This document shows, one piece after another, positions 9,307-18,654 of a stretch of 54,604 nt of DNA. Each line of letters starts with the position of its first letter. Position 1 is the first letter of the stretch. The notes beneath the pieces were generated by a model. The model did no database searches and was not told the origin of the DNA. It saw only the letters and a program-made list of their open reading frames with translations. The position numbers and the translations under genes were made by a program. Source of the stretch: a virus; UHGV virus genome UHGV-0184235. One strand, written 5' to 3'.

Positions 9307-9313
9307 GGTGAAT

Positions 9314-9553
9314 ATGCGATTGATAAACCGCAGCACGCAATCTCCGCTGGCGCGCCGGGCGTGCGATGCAGCACTGGCAAAGCATGTTGAGCTTTACGGG
9401 GAGTTTGGCCGACAGAAAACAAAGACCACTTATACCGTGGCGGTCGACGGCGTGAAGGTGACGGTAGAAGTTGTTAACCGACACAAGAGCTACGTGGCCA
9501 CGGCGATGACAGGTATGCGCCGACTGCGCGCACTGCCAGGGCAGATTGCCTGA
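9314..9553 (+). CDS. hypothetical protein (about 79 aa)
   Basis: GAGGTG SD 7 nt before ATG 9314. Confidence 0.45.
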   Translation: MRLINRSTQSPLARRACDAALAKHVELYGEFGRQKTKTTYTVAVDGVKVTVEVVNRHKSYVATAMTGMRRLRALPGQIA

Positions 9554-9614
9554 TAACGAATTATCAATAATTTTCCCCCGCCTGATACATGATATCAGGC
9601 GTCAAGAGGTACAA

Positions 9615-9887
9615 ATGAAATTAGTAACTCTGACCACCTGGGCAGCGAAGATTTATCCCGACAATCCCCCGGCGCGAGTGACCCTCAGACGCTGGGCGAG
9701 GAACGGAAACATCTACCCGCCCCCCGAGCTTCATGGGCGTGAATACCGCGTTAACCCGGAAGCGTTTTATATCAAGCCCAACAAAGCGGGAAAAGAGCTG
9801 CAACAGCACCATCCCAACGGGCGAACTGGTAAAAAAAGTGCGTTGCTGGAGCAGTTAATAAATGAGTCAAAAAAGATACGACGCTAA
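9615..9887 (+). CDS. xis: excisionase (lambda Xis-like)
   Basis: MKLVTLTTWAAKIYPDNPPARVTLRRWARNGNIYPPPELHGREYRV aligns with lambda Xis (LTLQEW...RWVRE..IFPPP..DGREY). AAGAGG SD. It overlaps the int start. Confidence 0.7.
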   Translation: MKLVTLTTWAAKIYPDNPPARVTLRRWARNGNIYPPPELHGREYRVNPEAFYIKPNKAGKELQQHHPNGRTGKKSALLEQLINESKKIRR

Positions 9888-10941
9888 TCTACCCAAGAAC
9901 CTCACCTATCGTAAAAATGACAGAGCGTTTTACTGGCGTAATCCGCTGACTAAAAAAGAAATTGCGCTGGGGCAAATTTCCCGCAGGGATGCGGTCGCAC
10001 AGGCGATCGAGGCCAACAACTTCATCGCGCAGAATTACACCCCTGTTGCGCTGATTGAAAAACTTAAAGGTCTGGACTCGCTTACTGTCACAAAGTGGAT
10101 CGAGCGCTATGAGGTACTGTTACAGCGTCGTAATCTGTCGGTGAACACATACAAGATTCGTGGCAACCAGTTAGCGACTATACGGGACAAGATGGGCGGA
10201 ATGCTCCTGGCGGAAGTGACCACAAAGCATATTGCTACGTTTCTGGAAACATGGATTGAAGGAGGGAAAAATACTATGGCGGGAGCAATGCGATCTGTCT
10301 TATCAGATATGTTCAGGGAGGCGGTTGTTGAGGGGCATATAACACAGAATCCGGTTGAGCCAACCCGCGCCCCAAAAATCGAGGTTGCGCGTGATCGTCT
10401 GAGACTGGACGTGTATAGAAAAATTCGTACAGCAGCAGAGAAACTGCCGACATGGTTTCCTCTGGCTATGGATCTCGCGTTGATCACTGGTCAGCGTCGC
10501 GAAGATGTTTCCTGCATGCGATTCAGTAATATTATTGATGACCGTCTATATGTAAAACAGATTAAAACGGGGATGAAAATAGCGTTACCGTTGTCGCTCA
10601 GTCTCCCATCCGTCGGCCTGCGCCTCGGAACGGTGGTCGATCGCTGCCGACTTGTGAGCAGGACTGACTATCTGATCAGCGCCGGGGTCAGGAAGAACAG
10701 CCCGGACGGGAGTATTCACCCTGACAGCCTGACGAAAAAGTTTGTCGCTGCCAGGAAATTAACTGACATTGCATTCAGCGAAAACCCGCCGCCGTTTCAT
10801 GAAATCCGCAGCTTGTCCGGGCGACTGTACAAAGATGCCTACGGTGAAGATTTCGCCCAGAAACTGCTGGGGCATACATCAGAAAACACAACAAAAATGT
10901 ATCTCGATGAGCGTGATGAAAAGGCGTATATGATGCTCTGA
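9862..10941 (+). CDS. int: tyrosine integrase (lambda Int family, 359 aa)
   Basis: N-terminal arm-binding domain, core-binding region, and a C-terminal catalytic region with HEIRSL...LLGHTSENTTKMYLD. Confidence 0.9.
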   Translation: MSQKRYDANLPKNLTYRKNDRAFYWRNPLTKKEIALGQISRRDAVAQAIEANNFIAQNYTPVALIEKLKGLDSLTVTKWIERYEVLLQRRNLSVNTYKIRGNQLATIRDKMGGMLLAEVTTKHIATFLETWIEGGKNTMAGAMRSVLSDMFREAVVEGHITQNPVEPTRAPKIEVARDRLRLDVYRKIRTAAEKLPTWFPLAMDLALITGQRREDVSCMRFSNIIDDRLYVKQIKTGMKIALPLSLSLPSVGLRLGTVVDRCRLVSRTDYLISAGVRKNSPDGSIHPDSLTKKFVAARKLTDIAFSENPPPFHEIRSLSGRLYKDAYGEDFAQKLLGHTSENTTKMYLDERDEKAYMML

Positions 10942-11003
10942 TTTTCAGTTTAAAAAATGTTAAATCTAATTTTGTTGTGGTATAAGGGAAAAAGACCGGA
11001 TAC

Positions 11004-11036
11004 GGAAATTCGAGGAAATTTCGAGGAATTTCGAGG
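11004..11036. repeat. three tandem copies of about 11 bp (GGAAATTCGAG / GAAATTTCGAG / GAATTTCGAG), candidate Int arm-type or Xis/IHF binding sites of attP
   Basis: Direct repeats seen in the sequence 60 bp downstream of the int stop, inside an AT-rich noncoding stretch. Confidence 0.4.
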
Positions 11037-11382
11037 GAAGATGCATAATCCTTTGATTTTAAAGGAAAATAAAAAGAGACCGAATACGATTCCTGTTATC
11101 GCCAGCACACAAATAAAACCAATGAATTCAATTAGATAGACACCACGCAGCGCATCTTTTATGCCCAAAAAACATCTTTTCATGTGCTTTTATAATCAAA
11201 TACATGCCACTTTTTCCGTTTTTATTCGGTGATATTTCGGTACGACACTCCATCGAAAGGGTTATCGTTCCACATCGTTGGGGAGCGGTAACACTGTCCA
11301 TGCATAGCACTCTTTGCCAAGAACTGTGCAGATCTTTTTTGGTAAAGTGCGTGGCTAGGAAATTTTTATTATTAGTTTTTTC

Positions 11383-12171
11383 ATGGTAGTCGTAATGAAA
11401 ATAACACGTAAAGAACTACAATTAATGAAAGAAACCACTTCTGATGGTTGCATCATTTATTTGTCTGGACCATCATCGTTAGATACTCCATTGGAGCTAT
11501 TGCGCGCCAAAAGCATCATCAGCGTGAACGGTAGCACAGGCTACTTACTGGAAAACAATATTCCAGTATTTGCATATATTGTCAGTGATGGTTCATTTTA
11601 TGAAAAAAATAAATCACTATTTTTAAAATACTCATCTTATGCCAGATATACTTTTATTAGTAATGACGTTCTCAAACGTGCAAACACTTCAGAAAAAGAA
11701 CAACTACTCAATACATGTTTTGTGTTAAATGATATCTGCAAATCACGGGGTGGGCCGGGAAGGAAAATAAGATACACAATAAAATCGGCAATTAACAGAA
11801 GTGTTTTTATCAAGTGTTCTGCATCAAGGAAAGAAAAGACAATTGCATTTTCCACTGATGTATATCATGGACACTTTGGCAGTGCAACGGTTGCATTTAG
11901 CGCATTACAACTTGCAATATCACTAAAATTCAGAGAAGTGCTTTTTTCAGGTTTAGATCTTAGCGGGGAATGTAAAAGGTTTTATAGCGAAGGTCAACCG
12001 CAACCAACAACCTTACCCACAGACTTTAATTTCATATTGAAATCTTTTGATTTTCTTATGAAAAAATATCGCGGAAACATTTTCAACCTTTCCAGTAGAA
12101 CTGCTATACCCTATGAAGTAATCCCCTTTGCGAGTGCAGCGGAAATAATGAATCAAACTACACTGGTATAA
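11383..12171 (+). CDS. AT-rich moron protein (262 aa), a putative CstII/DUF115(Maf)-like nucleotide-sugar glycosyltransferase
   Basis: Visibly low GC. The motif CIIYLSGPSSLD...ISVNGSTGY resembles the CstII VIIAGNGPSL...VFRCNQFY motif, and a later FSGLDLSG resembles YLSGIDFY. The family assignment is from memory. Confidence 0.45.
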   Translation: MVVVMKITRKELQLMKETTSDGCIIYLSGPSSLDTPLELLRAKSIISVNGSTGYLLENNIPVFAYIVSDGSFYEKNKSLFLKYSSYARYTFISNDVLKRANTSEKEQLLNTCFVLNDICKSRGGPGRKIRYTIKSAINRSVFIKCSASRKEKTIAFSTDVYHGHFGSATVAFSALQLAISLKFREVLFSGLDLSGECKRFYSEGQPQPTTLPTDFNFILKSFDFLMKKYRGNIFNLSSRTAIPYEVIPFASAAEIMNQTTLV

Positions 12172-12564
12172 CATAAGCACCTTGCGATAGACGTGATAAA
12201 TGCATCTACCGCTCCCCTCCATAGTATTTTCCGCGAATTTGAATCCAGTGTTCTGATATTATTTTTCATAATAATATCAGTCAGTAATAGAAGTATTTAT
12301 TAGATACTAACAGCAACCAGTCGTTTTGCCTATTCGCCATGCGTTGGATATCGAGCGGCCGGAGAAACCACTGTATGCACTCCCATGCGGCATGGTTACT
12401 GCTCTATTAATTCTACTGATGAAAACCTTGCCAACTCGATTGGAGATTTCTAGTTATTGACGCAAACACAGAACATGCAATCACATACGCTTCTTTACAT
12501 TTGGTGGTTTTTATGAATACTACTAGATGATTATGCTAACACGATGAGATCCAACGGATGAAAT

Positions 12565-12714
12565 ATGAATATATTTGAACAAACTCCACCAAATTGCAGG
12601 CGTTATGGCCTAGCTGCATTTATTGGGTTAATCGCTGGTACCGTATCAGCATTTGTTAAATGGGGCGCTGAAGCACCTTTGCCCCTCCCCAACCAGACTT
12701 CCCTGAGTGCTTGA
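12565..12714 (+). pseudogene. 49-codon fragment resembling the N-terminus of inner-membrane protein YagU (DUF1440), likely a host-gene 5' segment at the attP core
   Basis: The translation [40 protein letters not shown] matches my recollection of the E. coli YagU start ([40 protein letters not shown]), then diverges and stops. Confidence 0.4.
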
Positions 12715-12877
12715 GCGCCTAGTAATTGACCGATATGATGTAAAATTTAGTCTCCACACAAGGTCAACCTTATCGTATCTACTCCGTATTATGTATGTCG
12801 ATCAAGTACCGCGTTAGTGCTACACTTGCACTCTTTCAGAATTCACTGATTTTTCACATGTTAAAGCTATCTATCTC

Positions 12878-13264
12878 ATGGACATAAAACTGTCTGCGGT
12901 CTACCAAAATCAGGCCATTAGATACTGCATTGTCGGCGGTATGAACACGGCAGTCACAGCTTGCGTGATACTTGCCCTTACAGCCTCAGGCTTCGGCTTG
13001 TATGTATCTAATTTTTCTGGCTATGTTGTTGGGATATTGTTCAGTTACGTCCTTAACACATATTTTACTTTCTCGTCAAAGCCATCATTCAGAAGGTTGG
13101 TTAAGTTCATTGTATGTTGTGCAGCCTGCTACGTCATCAATCTCATAGCCATGAAAACAACTATAGCATTTGGTTTTGAAAATAAATATTTAATCCAGCT
13201 GGCAGGGATGTTTTTCTATACAATCTCTGGTTTTTTAATTAATAAACTCTGGGTAATGAAATAA
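12878..13264 (+). CDS. gtrA: GtrA-family flippase (128 aa, 4 TM)
   Basis: Small polytopic membrane protein immediately upstream of gtrB, in a low-GC region. Confidence 0.7.
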   Translation: MDIKLSAVYQNQAIRYCIVGGMNTAVTACVILALTASGFGLYVSNFSGYVVGILFSYVLNTYFTFSSKPSFRRLVKFIVCCAACYVINLIAMKTTIAFGFENKYLIQLAGMFFYTISGFLINKLWVMK

Positions 13265-14214
13265 TGAAAGCGCCTGTTCTTTCCATTGTTGTGCCTTGCT
13301 ATAACGAGCAAGATGTTTTTAGCCTTTGTCTTAATGAGTTATCATCTCGTATGAGTGAAATGAAAGACAAAGGGAAAATAGACAGAGAAAGTCATATAGT
13401 CTTTGTTGATGATGGAAGCAAAGATAATACCTGGCGATTAATAGAAGAAGCATCAAGTGACAGTTGTCTGGTGAAAGGGGTAAAACTTTCACGAAATAAA
13501 GGCCATCAGACTGCATTGATGGCAGGGTTATCATCATGCACTGCATCTGACATTACTGTAAGTATTGATGCTGACTTGCAAGATGACACCGCTGTGATTG
13601 AAAAAATGGTTGACTCCTATCTCTCTGGTCACGACATAGTATACGGAGTAAGGAACGACAGAACCTCAGATAGTTTTTTTAAGAAGTTTACAGCAGAAGC
13701 ATTCTATAAGGTAATGACCAGGCTCGGTGTAAGTCAGGTTGAAAATCATGCTGATTTTAGGCTGTTAAGTCGAAGAGCGCTCAACTCCCTTTTACAGTAT
13801 AAAGAACAAAACCTATATATTCGGGGTCTTATCCCCCTGATCGGATATCCGAGCGATAAAGTGTACTATTCTCGTCATGAGCGAGCAGCCGGAGAATCAA
13901 AGTACCCGCTCAGAAAAATGCTGGCTCTTGCACTTGAAGGAATCACATCGTTTTCGGTAACGCCATTAAGGATCGTAACCGCTTTAGGTTTCATTATTTC
14001 TATACTTTCATCAATTGGAGTTATATATACCCTTGCTCAGTATTTTCTTGGACATACCGTTAGTGGATGGGCGTCGATGATTTTGGCTGTCCTGTTTATA
14101 GGGGGGGTTCAAATGCTTTGCCTTGGTGTAATCGGTGAATATATCGGTAAAATTTATATGGAATCTAAGAAAAGACCAAAATTTTTCATTGAACAGAAGA
14201 AAGGATTTAAGTAA
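13264..14214 (+). CDS. gtrB: bactoprenol glycosyltransferase GtrB (GT2, DPM1-like, with 2 C-terminal TM helices)
   Basis: SIVVPCYNE...VDDGSKDNT...DADLQDD signature with two C-terminal TM helices. Confidence 0.85.
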   Translation: MKAPVLSIVVPCYNEQDVFSLCLNELSSRMSEMKDKGKIDRESHIVFVDDGSKDNTWRLIEEASSDSCLVKGVKLSRNKGHQTALMAGLSSCTASDITVSIDADLQDDTAVIEKMVDSYLSGHDIVYGVRNDRTSDSFFKKFTAEAFYKVMTRLGVSQVENHADFRLLSRRALNSLLQYKEQNLYIRGLIPLIGYPSDKVYYSRHERAAGESKYPLRKMLALALEGITSFSVTPLRIVTALGFIISILSSIGVIYTLAQYFLGHTVSGWASMILAVLFIGGVQMLCLGVIGEYIGKIYMESKKRPKFFIEQKKGFK

Positions 14215-15987
14215 ATGAGATTAAAAAACTTGCAATGCAGCCTTCCTTTTGATCTTGTGTATTTCGCACCAATTTTTTGCGGGATATTTGTAGTCATATC
14301 TTCTAATAAAATATTCAATTTATCACTAACTGACATTATATTATATGTATCTTCGTTTGTAATAGCGATTAGCCTCTACGTCAGGATCGCAATCGGTGCG
14401 AGCACTAAATGCAAATTAGGATATAACTCATTGTTCGTATTTGCCATAAGCATATTGATCATAACTTACGCATTGAGTTTCTATGACTCAAATATGAATA
14501 AGTATTTTAGCTTCAATCCAATTTTTGATGTTGATAATTATAATATTTGGCACAAAGATAGCGCTTACAACCTAGCAATAATTCAAAGCATTATTAACTT
14601 TGGATATCCAAGCATAGGATTAGACGGGCATGCATTGACCACATACCACGTATTAAGTCATTATGTAGATGCATTACTTTTAAAAATATCAGGGTTGCCA
14701 ATATACGAATCCTATGGGTTCTCATCATATGTCAAAGCCGTTTTCCTTATTTGTTCGATATATGTATTTTGCTACCAATATTCTAAGAATATAATATCCT
14801 CATCGGTCGCATTCCTTTTTATTAGCCCTTTTATTGTCGCATCATGGCATGCAATTAACTCTCATGCTCTATGGCTACCAAGCTTCATTCTTGTTTTTTC
14901 TGCGAGATTTACATTTAACTTCCTATACCAGTCCGAGGTTCCAACCTTTAAAAAATATAACATTATTGCAATAATTTCTGCGCTGCTATGTCTGGGTAAA
15001 ATATCAACTGGGCTGGCGTATATCACCATTGTATTTTCAGTAGCCTTTATAAGAGACTTAAAAAGCCTGAAGTTCTATTTTTATGCCGTCACTCTATTAT
15101 TATTTATTGTTTTTTATCAAAAAGTAATAAACTATTCGTATGGCATCCCAGCGGTTTTGGAACTACAAGCACTATCACCAACAGTAATTTACCATCATTT
15201 ATTAAATACCGATATCCGCTACGAGAAATTCTTTATTCCTTTTATCGCCGCAATTATATCACTGAGAATTTGCATCAAATCAGAATTTCTTACAAGGTTG
15301 ATCTTTGGAGTTATTTGTTCTTTTTCCTCAATCTTTGTCATAACCCAAACATTCACCTCATTTAACTGGAGCGATAAATATTATTTCTTCCAGGGGCTTT
15401 ATTCAGTTACAGTTTTGCTTTTTTGCTCTTATATTCTAACATGGGCCAATGCATCGAAAGAAGAAAAAAAAATAAAACATCTCACGTCTTTTGCTCTTAT
15501 TTCACTTCTTTCATTCTTTGTATATCAACCTGTATATTCAATAGCAAGCATTAATGCAAAAAGCATTGTGAGTAAATTTGAATACGTTAAAATAAAATTA
15601 TTCAAACCACATAAAACAGACGTTAACGGGAGTATGTATTCTTTAAAGCAATACGTATATCAAATAAAAGAAGGGAGTCACCTGAACAATAGAGATATAG
15701 CGTTATTCATCCCAAAATCCGTTATTCTAAACCAGGTAATTAAAATAAACGATGGGAATAAAAACTTCCATACCATGAATATCTATGCTGCAACTGGCAT
15801 TCAAATAATAAATGGTTTAATAGGAAATGAGAGGGCCTATGGATTGATTAATTATGGAAAACAATCAGCCCTTAAGGAAAGCATTGATTATAGTTATGAA
15901 TGTTCAAGGTTAGGGGTTAAGGCGATAATCACAGTGGAAAATTACACAGAAAAAAAATATCTATATCACCTGTGTGACGGCCAATAA
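14215..15987 (+). CDS. serotype-specific O-antigen glycosyltransferase (GtrC-type polytopic membrane protein, 590 aa)
   Basis: Large, very hydrophobic, low-GC protein in the third position of a gtr operon. Confidence 0.65.
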   Translation: MRLKNLQCSLPFDLVYFAPIFCGIFVVISSNKIFNLSLTDIILYVSSFVIAISLYVRIAIGASTKCKLGYNSLFVFAISILIITYALSFYDSNMNKYFSFNPIFDVDNYNIWHKDSAYNLAIIQSIINFGYPSIGLDGHALTTYHVLSHYVDALLLKISGLPIYESYGFSSYVKAVFLICSIYVFCYQYSKNIISSSVAFLFISPFIVASWHAINSHALWLPSFILVFSARFTFNFLYQSEVPTFKKYNIIAIISALLCLGKISTGLAYITIVFSVAFIRDLKSLKFYFYAVTLLLFIVFYQKVINYSYGIPAVLELQALSPTVIYHHLLNTDIRYEKFFIPFIAAIISLRICIKSEFLTRLIFGVICSFSSIFVITQTFTSFNWSDKYYFFQGLYSVTVLLFCSYILTWANASKEEKKIKHLTSFALISLLSFFVYQPVYSIASINAKSIVSKFEYVKIKLFKPHKTDVNGSMYSLKQYVYQIKEGSHLNNRDIALFIPKSVILNQVIKINDGNKNFHTMNIYAATGIQIINGLIGNERAYGLINYGKQSALKESIDYSYECSRLGVKAIITVENYTEKKYLYHLCDGQ

Positions 15988-16011
15988 TGTCGATTGCTAC
16001 GCTTATATTTA

Positions 16012-16036
16012 TATAAAGCCCCTTCCGGGGCTTTTC
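16012..16036. terminator. bidirectional intrinsic terminator between convergent gtrC and the tailspike gene
   Basis: AGCCCC-TTCC-GGGGCT flanked by A/T runs. Confidence 0.6.
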
Positions 16037-16037
16037 C

Positions 16038-18599
16038 TCATGAGGATGCGACTACCCCATAACCTACCCATGTCCCTGGTGAGCCAGCAGCGGAACAAAC
16101 CCACCCCTCCTGACCTCCAGCCACTATAGTTACCCTGTCAAGTTTATCGCCAACGTTCCAGTACCCAGCTGTTGGCACAGCATTGTTACGTACAGCACCT
16201 CTGTAATAGCCACCGACATAGAGACCTGTTGCTGTTGCTACTGGTGCCTGAATCCCATTAATATGGTTGCCGAAGATCTGCTGCATCGAATACGCTTCTG
16301 CAACTGTCGAGTTTCCGATACTGAACGCAACGGCGCTTGGATTTGTCCCGGTGTTCTCTGAAATAATAACTCCGGCGTGATCTGTCGTTGAGAATAAAAC
16401 ATGGTTATCGATGGTCGGATTTGTTTCGTCAGCATCAAACCGGCACCCATTAATGGTAACGTTTCTTACAGTTGTTGCTGTCACATGGATATTAACATTT
16501 ACTGCGGCACCATCTTCCCAGCCAACGCCGTCGTAAGAACCTGAGAATTTAGCAGAGCGACAATATGTACCATCACAAAGAATGCCTCCGCGATAACCTC
16601 TTTCAATGTTTACTGCGAAATCAATTCCCCATGTGTTAGTAGATTGTATGTTATACATAAACCCTGAAATTGTGCCGGTTACCTTGAGGCCTTCAGATGT
16701 CAGATATGATGTAATTGCTGACCCAGAGGATACGGCATTGGATGACTTGGTAACTGGAATGGTATTTGTCACTCCGGCGGTAAGCCAGGTTGTTCTCGTC
16801 ACTTTACCTATGTAGGCGGCTCCACTGTAAAGCATGGCACCATAGAAAATTATAGCGTCTGCTGTTGACTGAACGCTGACGGATGTGTTGCCTACCGATA
16901 CAGCAGACTGTAGCGTAATACCGGTTTGGGTAAATGTTTGCAGTTTAAAACCAACCATAGATGATGAGTACGTGACTGATTCATCACAATGTTGTGCATG
17001 ATCTGAAACTGAAGAGCTATACCCCCTTCCACTAACCCCACCAGGACACGAACCAGAAACCCTTATTTTAGATTTTACCGTGTAGTCAATTAAAGCCCAT
17101 GGATTCACCGTGTTTTTTCCGCCAACAACATTAAATGAACCTTTTACATTTTTGGCACCCCGGACAAGAATCATTGGGTTCGTATATGCTGCTGTTCCGA
17201 GATCTACTGTAATATTTTCTGCATTTATGTCCGATGGCGATGAAGGGTCAAGAGCAGAAAGTCTTGTCTCTGTTGTACGATATGTATCTGGAACTCCAGT
17301 AATCGCTATCATTGCGCTATTGGTATCTGGTGGCAATCGTGAGTGGCAATTGCGAATATCAATACCTGTATGGACTTTCCCTTTATCTCGCGCCACAGCA
17401 ACCTGCTCATAAACATCACCCGGCTTTGCGCTAATCAGTGCTGGGCATCTTTCCCCATAAATATTATTGGCCTTTACGTTGTAGCAAGCGCTGAAATAAA
17501 GACCAATTGCACGGGGAGTTACACCATCCGCACTTAGAAATTGAACATCTTCAACCTCAATATTTCTCGGGTGATGGCTATACGTAACGGTGCCAGTATG
17601 TGGGTTTGATAGATCTACATCACCTCCCCAATGGAAAAGCATACCGGTACCTTGTCCTATGCACTTCCCACGCTTAACTTTTACGTTTTCTATGTTCCCT
17701 AATCCCTCCATCGCCTGCCCACTAAAGGCAGTCGTCGTTCCGATTATGGTAAAATCATATACCTCAACATCACTCACAAGACCGGAATCATCTGCCGGCT
17801 GATAATAACCGCCAATGAGCAGTGCATTACCGTAGTTACCACTGGTAGGCCACGCGATACATCCAACACGAGCATTCAATCCATGCAGTTTCAAAGAATT
17901 CCTCGAAATTAATATGTTGTCAGTTGCGCCTAATGTTTCGTTAACAATCCATGCGCCAGAATCGAAAATATAATGGCCACCAATTTCGGCGTTTAAAATT
18001 TTATACTCCCCAGCCCGAACATAAACCGGACGACCGGTGCTGATGCTCCATTCGTCAGCAAGTAATAGCGCGGCTGTATCATCTGTTTCCCCATCACCAA
18101 CGGCGCCAAAATACTTCAGTGTACGGCCAAAAATGTTACCTATAGTGTCTTCACCATACGGCAACGTGCCGTTAGTAATTTCCTGTCTGAGTGTATCCCC
18201 ATCAATAAGAGAAAAATGCGTTACGTCCAATTCCCAGCTGGTAGCATCCGTACCAGTAGTTGTAAATGGAACATCTGTTTCCGTGTTGAGCCTCCAGTAT
18301 TGTCCTTCGTAACGCGTGTACTGGTTTCTCGCCGAGAATGTTAATGGCCCATCTTCGTAGTCACCAAGGAACTGATATCCAGAGTTTACAAGAAAATTAT
18401 TAAACTCATTTTCGAATGAATCCATTTGTTCTGAATGTTTAACTTCCATTCCATGCCAGGTAAGGCGCGGCACGCCAAAACGGTCATCCCACGTCTCATT
18501 GACCCGGTCATTTGAGAGGTGATCAAAATTCTGGGCGTTATCATAAAGAACCTTGGCGGATGCAGAACCGAGAGGTTCGTTGGTGTTATAAGTCGTCAT
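16038..18599 (-). CDS. tailspike or polysaccharide depolymerase with a right-handed beta-helix (pectate-lyase-like)
   Basis: The GAVGDGETDDTAAL motif indicates the Pectate_lyase_3 type. The start is taken at MTTYNT (GAGG SD). The alternative upstream start at 18689 overlaps the previous gene. Confidence 0.75.
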   Translation of the reverse strand: MTTYNTNEPLGSASAKVLYDNAQNFDHLSNDRVNETWDDRFGVPRLTWHGMEVKHSEQMDSFENEFNNFLVNSGYQFLGDYEDGPLTFSARNQYTRYEGQYWRLNTETDVPFTTTGTDATSWELDVTHFSLIDGDTLRQEITNGTLPYGEDTIGNIFGRTLKYFGAVGDGETDDTAALLLADEWSISTGRPVYVRAGEYKILNAEIGGHYIFDSGAWIVNETLGATDNILISRNSLKLHGLNARVGCIAWPTSGNYGNALLIGGYYQPADDSGLVSDVEVYDFTIIGTTTAFSGQAMEGLGNIENVKVKRGKCIGQGTGMLFHWGGDVDLSNPHTGTVTYSHHPRNIEVEDVQFLSADGVTPRAIGLYFSACYNVKANNIYGERCPALISAKPGDVYEQVAVARDKGKVHTGIDIRNCHSRLPPDTNSAMIAITGVPDTYRTTETRLSALDPSSPSDINAENITVDLGTAAYTNPMILVRGAKNVKGSFNVVGGKNTVNPWALIDYTVKSKIRVSGSCPGGVSGRGYSSSVSDHAQHCDESVTYSSSMVGFKLQTFTQTGITLQSAVSVGNTSVSVQSTADAIIFYGAMLYSGAAYIGKVTRTTWLTAGVTNTIPVTKSSNAVSSGSAITSYLTSEGLKVTGTISGFMYNIQSTNTWGIDFAVNIERGYRGGILCDGTYCRSAKFSGSYDGVGWEDGAAVNVNIHVTATTVRNVTINGCRFDADETNPTIDNHVLFSTTDHAGVIISENTGTNPSAVAFSIGNSTVAEAYSMQQIFGNHINGIQAPVATATGLYVGGYYRGAVRNNAVPTAGYWNVGDKLDRVTIVAGGQEGWVCSAAGSPGTWVGYGVVASS

Positions 18600-18654
18600 A
18601 TGGGCCTCATAAACGAAAAACCCGCCGAGCGGGTCTGTATTGGAGAGATTGTTG

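Noticed and set aside
10950-11183. Two short ORFs (60 and 77 aa) in the AT-rich region after int
   Set aside because: The tract is low-complexity and AT-rich with no SD. It is more likely attP arm or promoter DNA.
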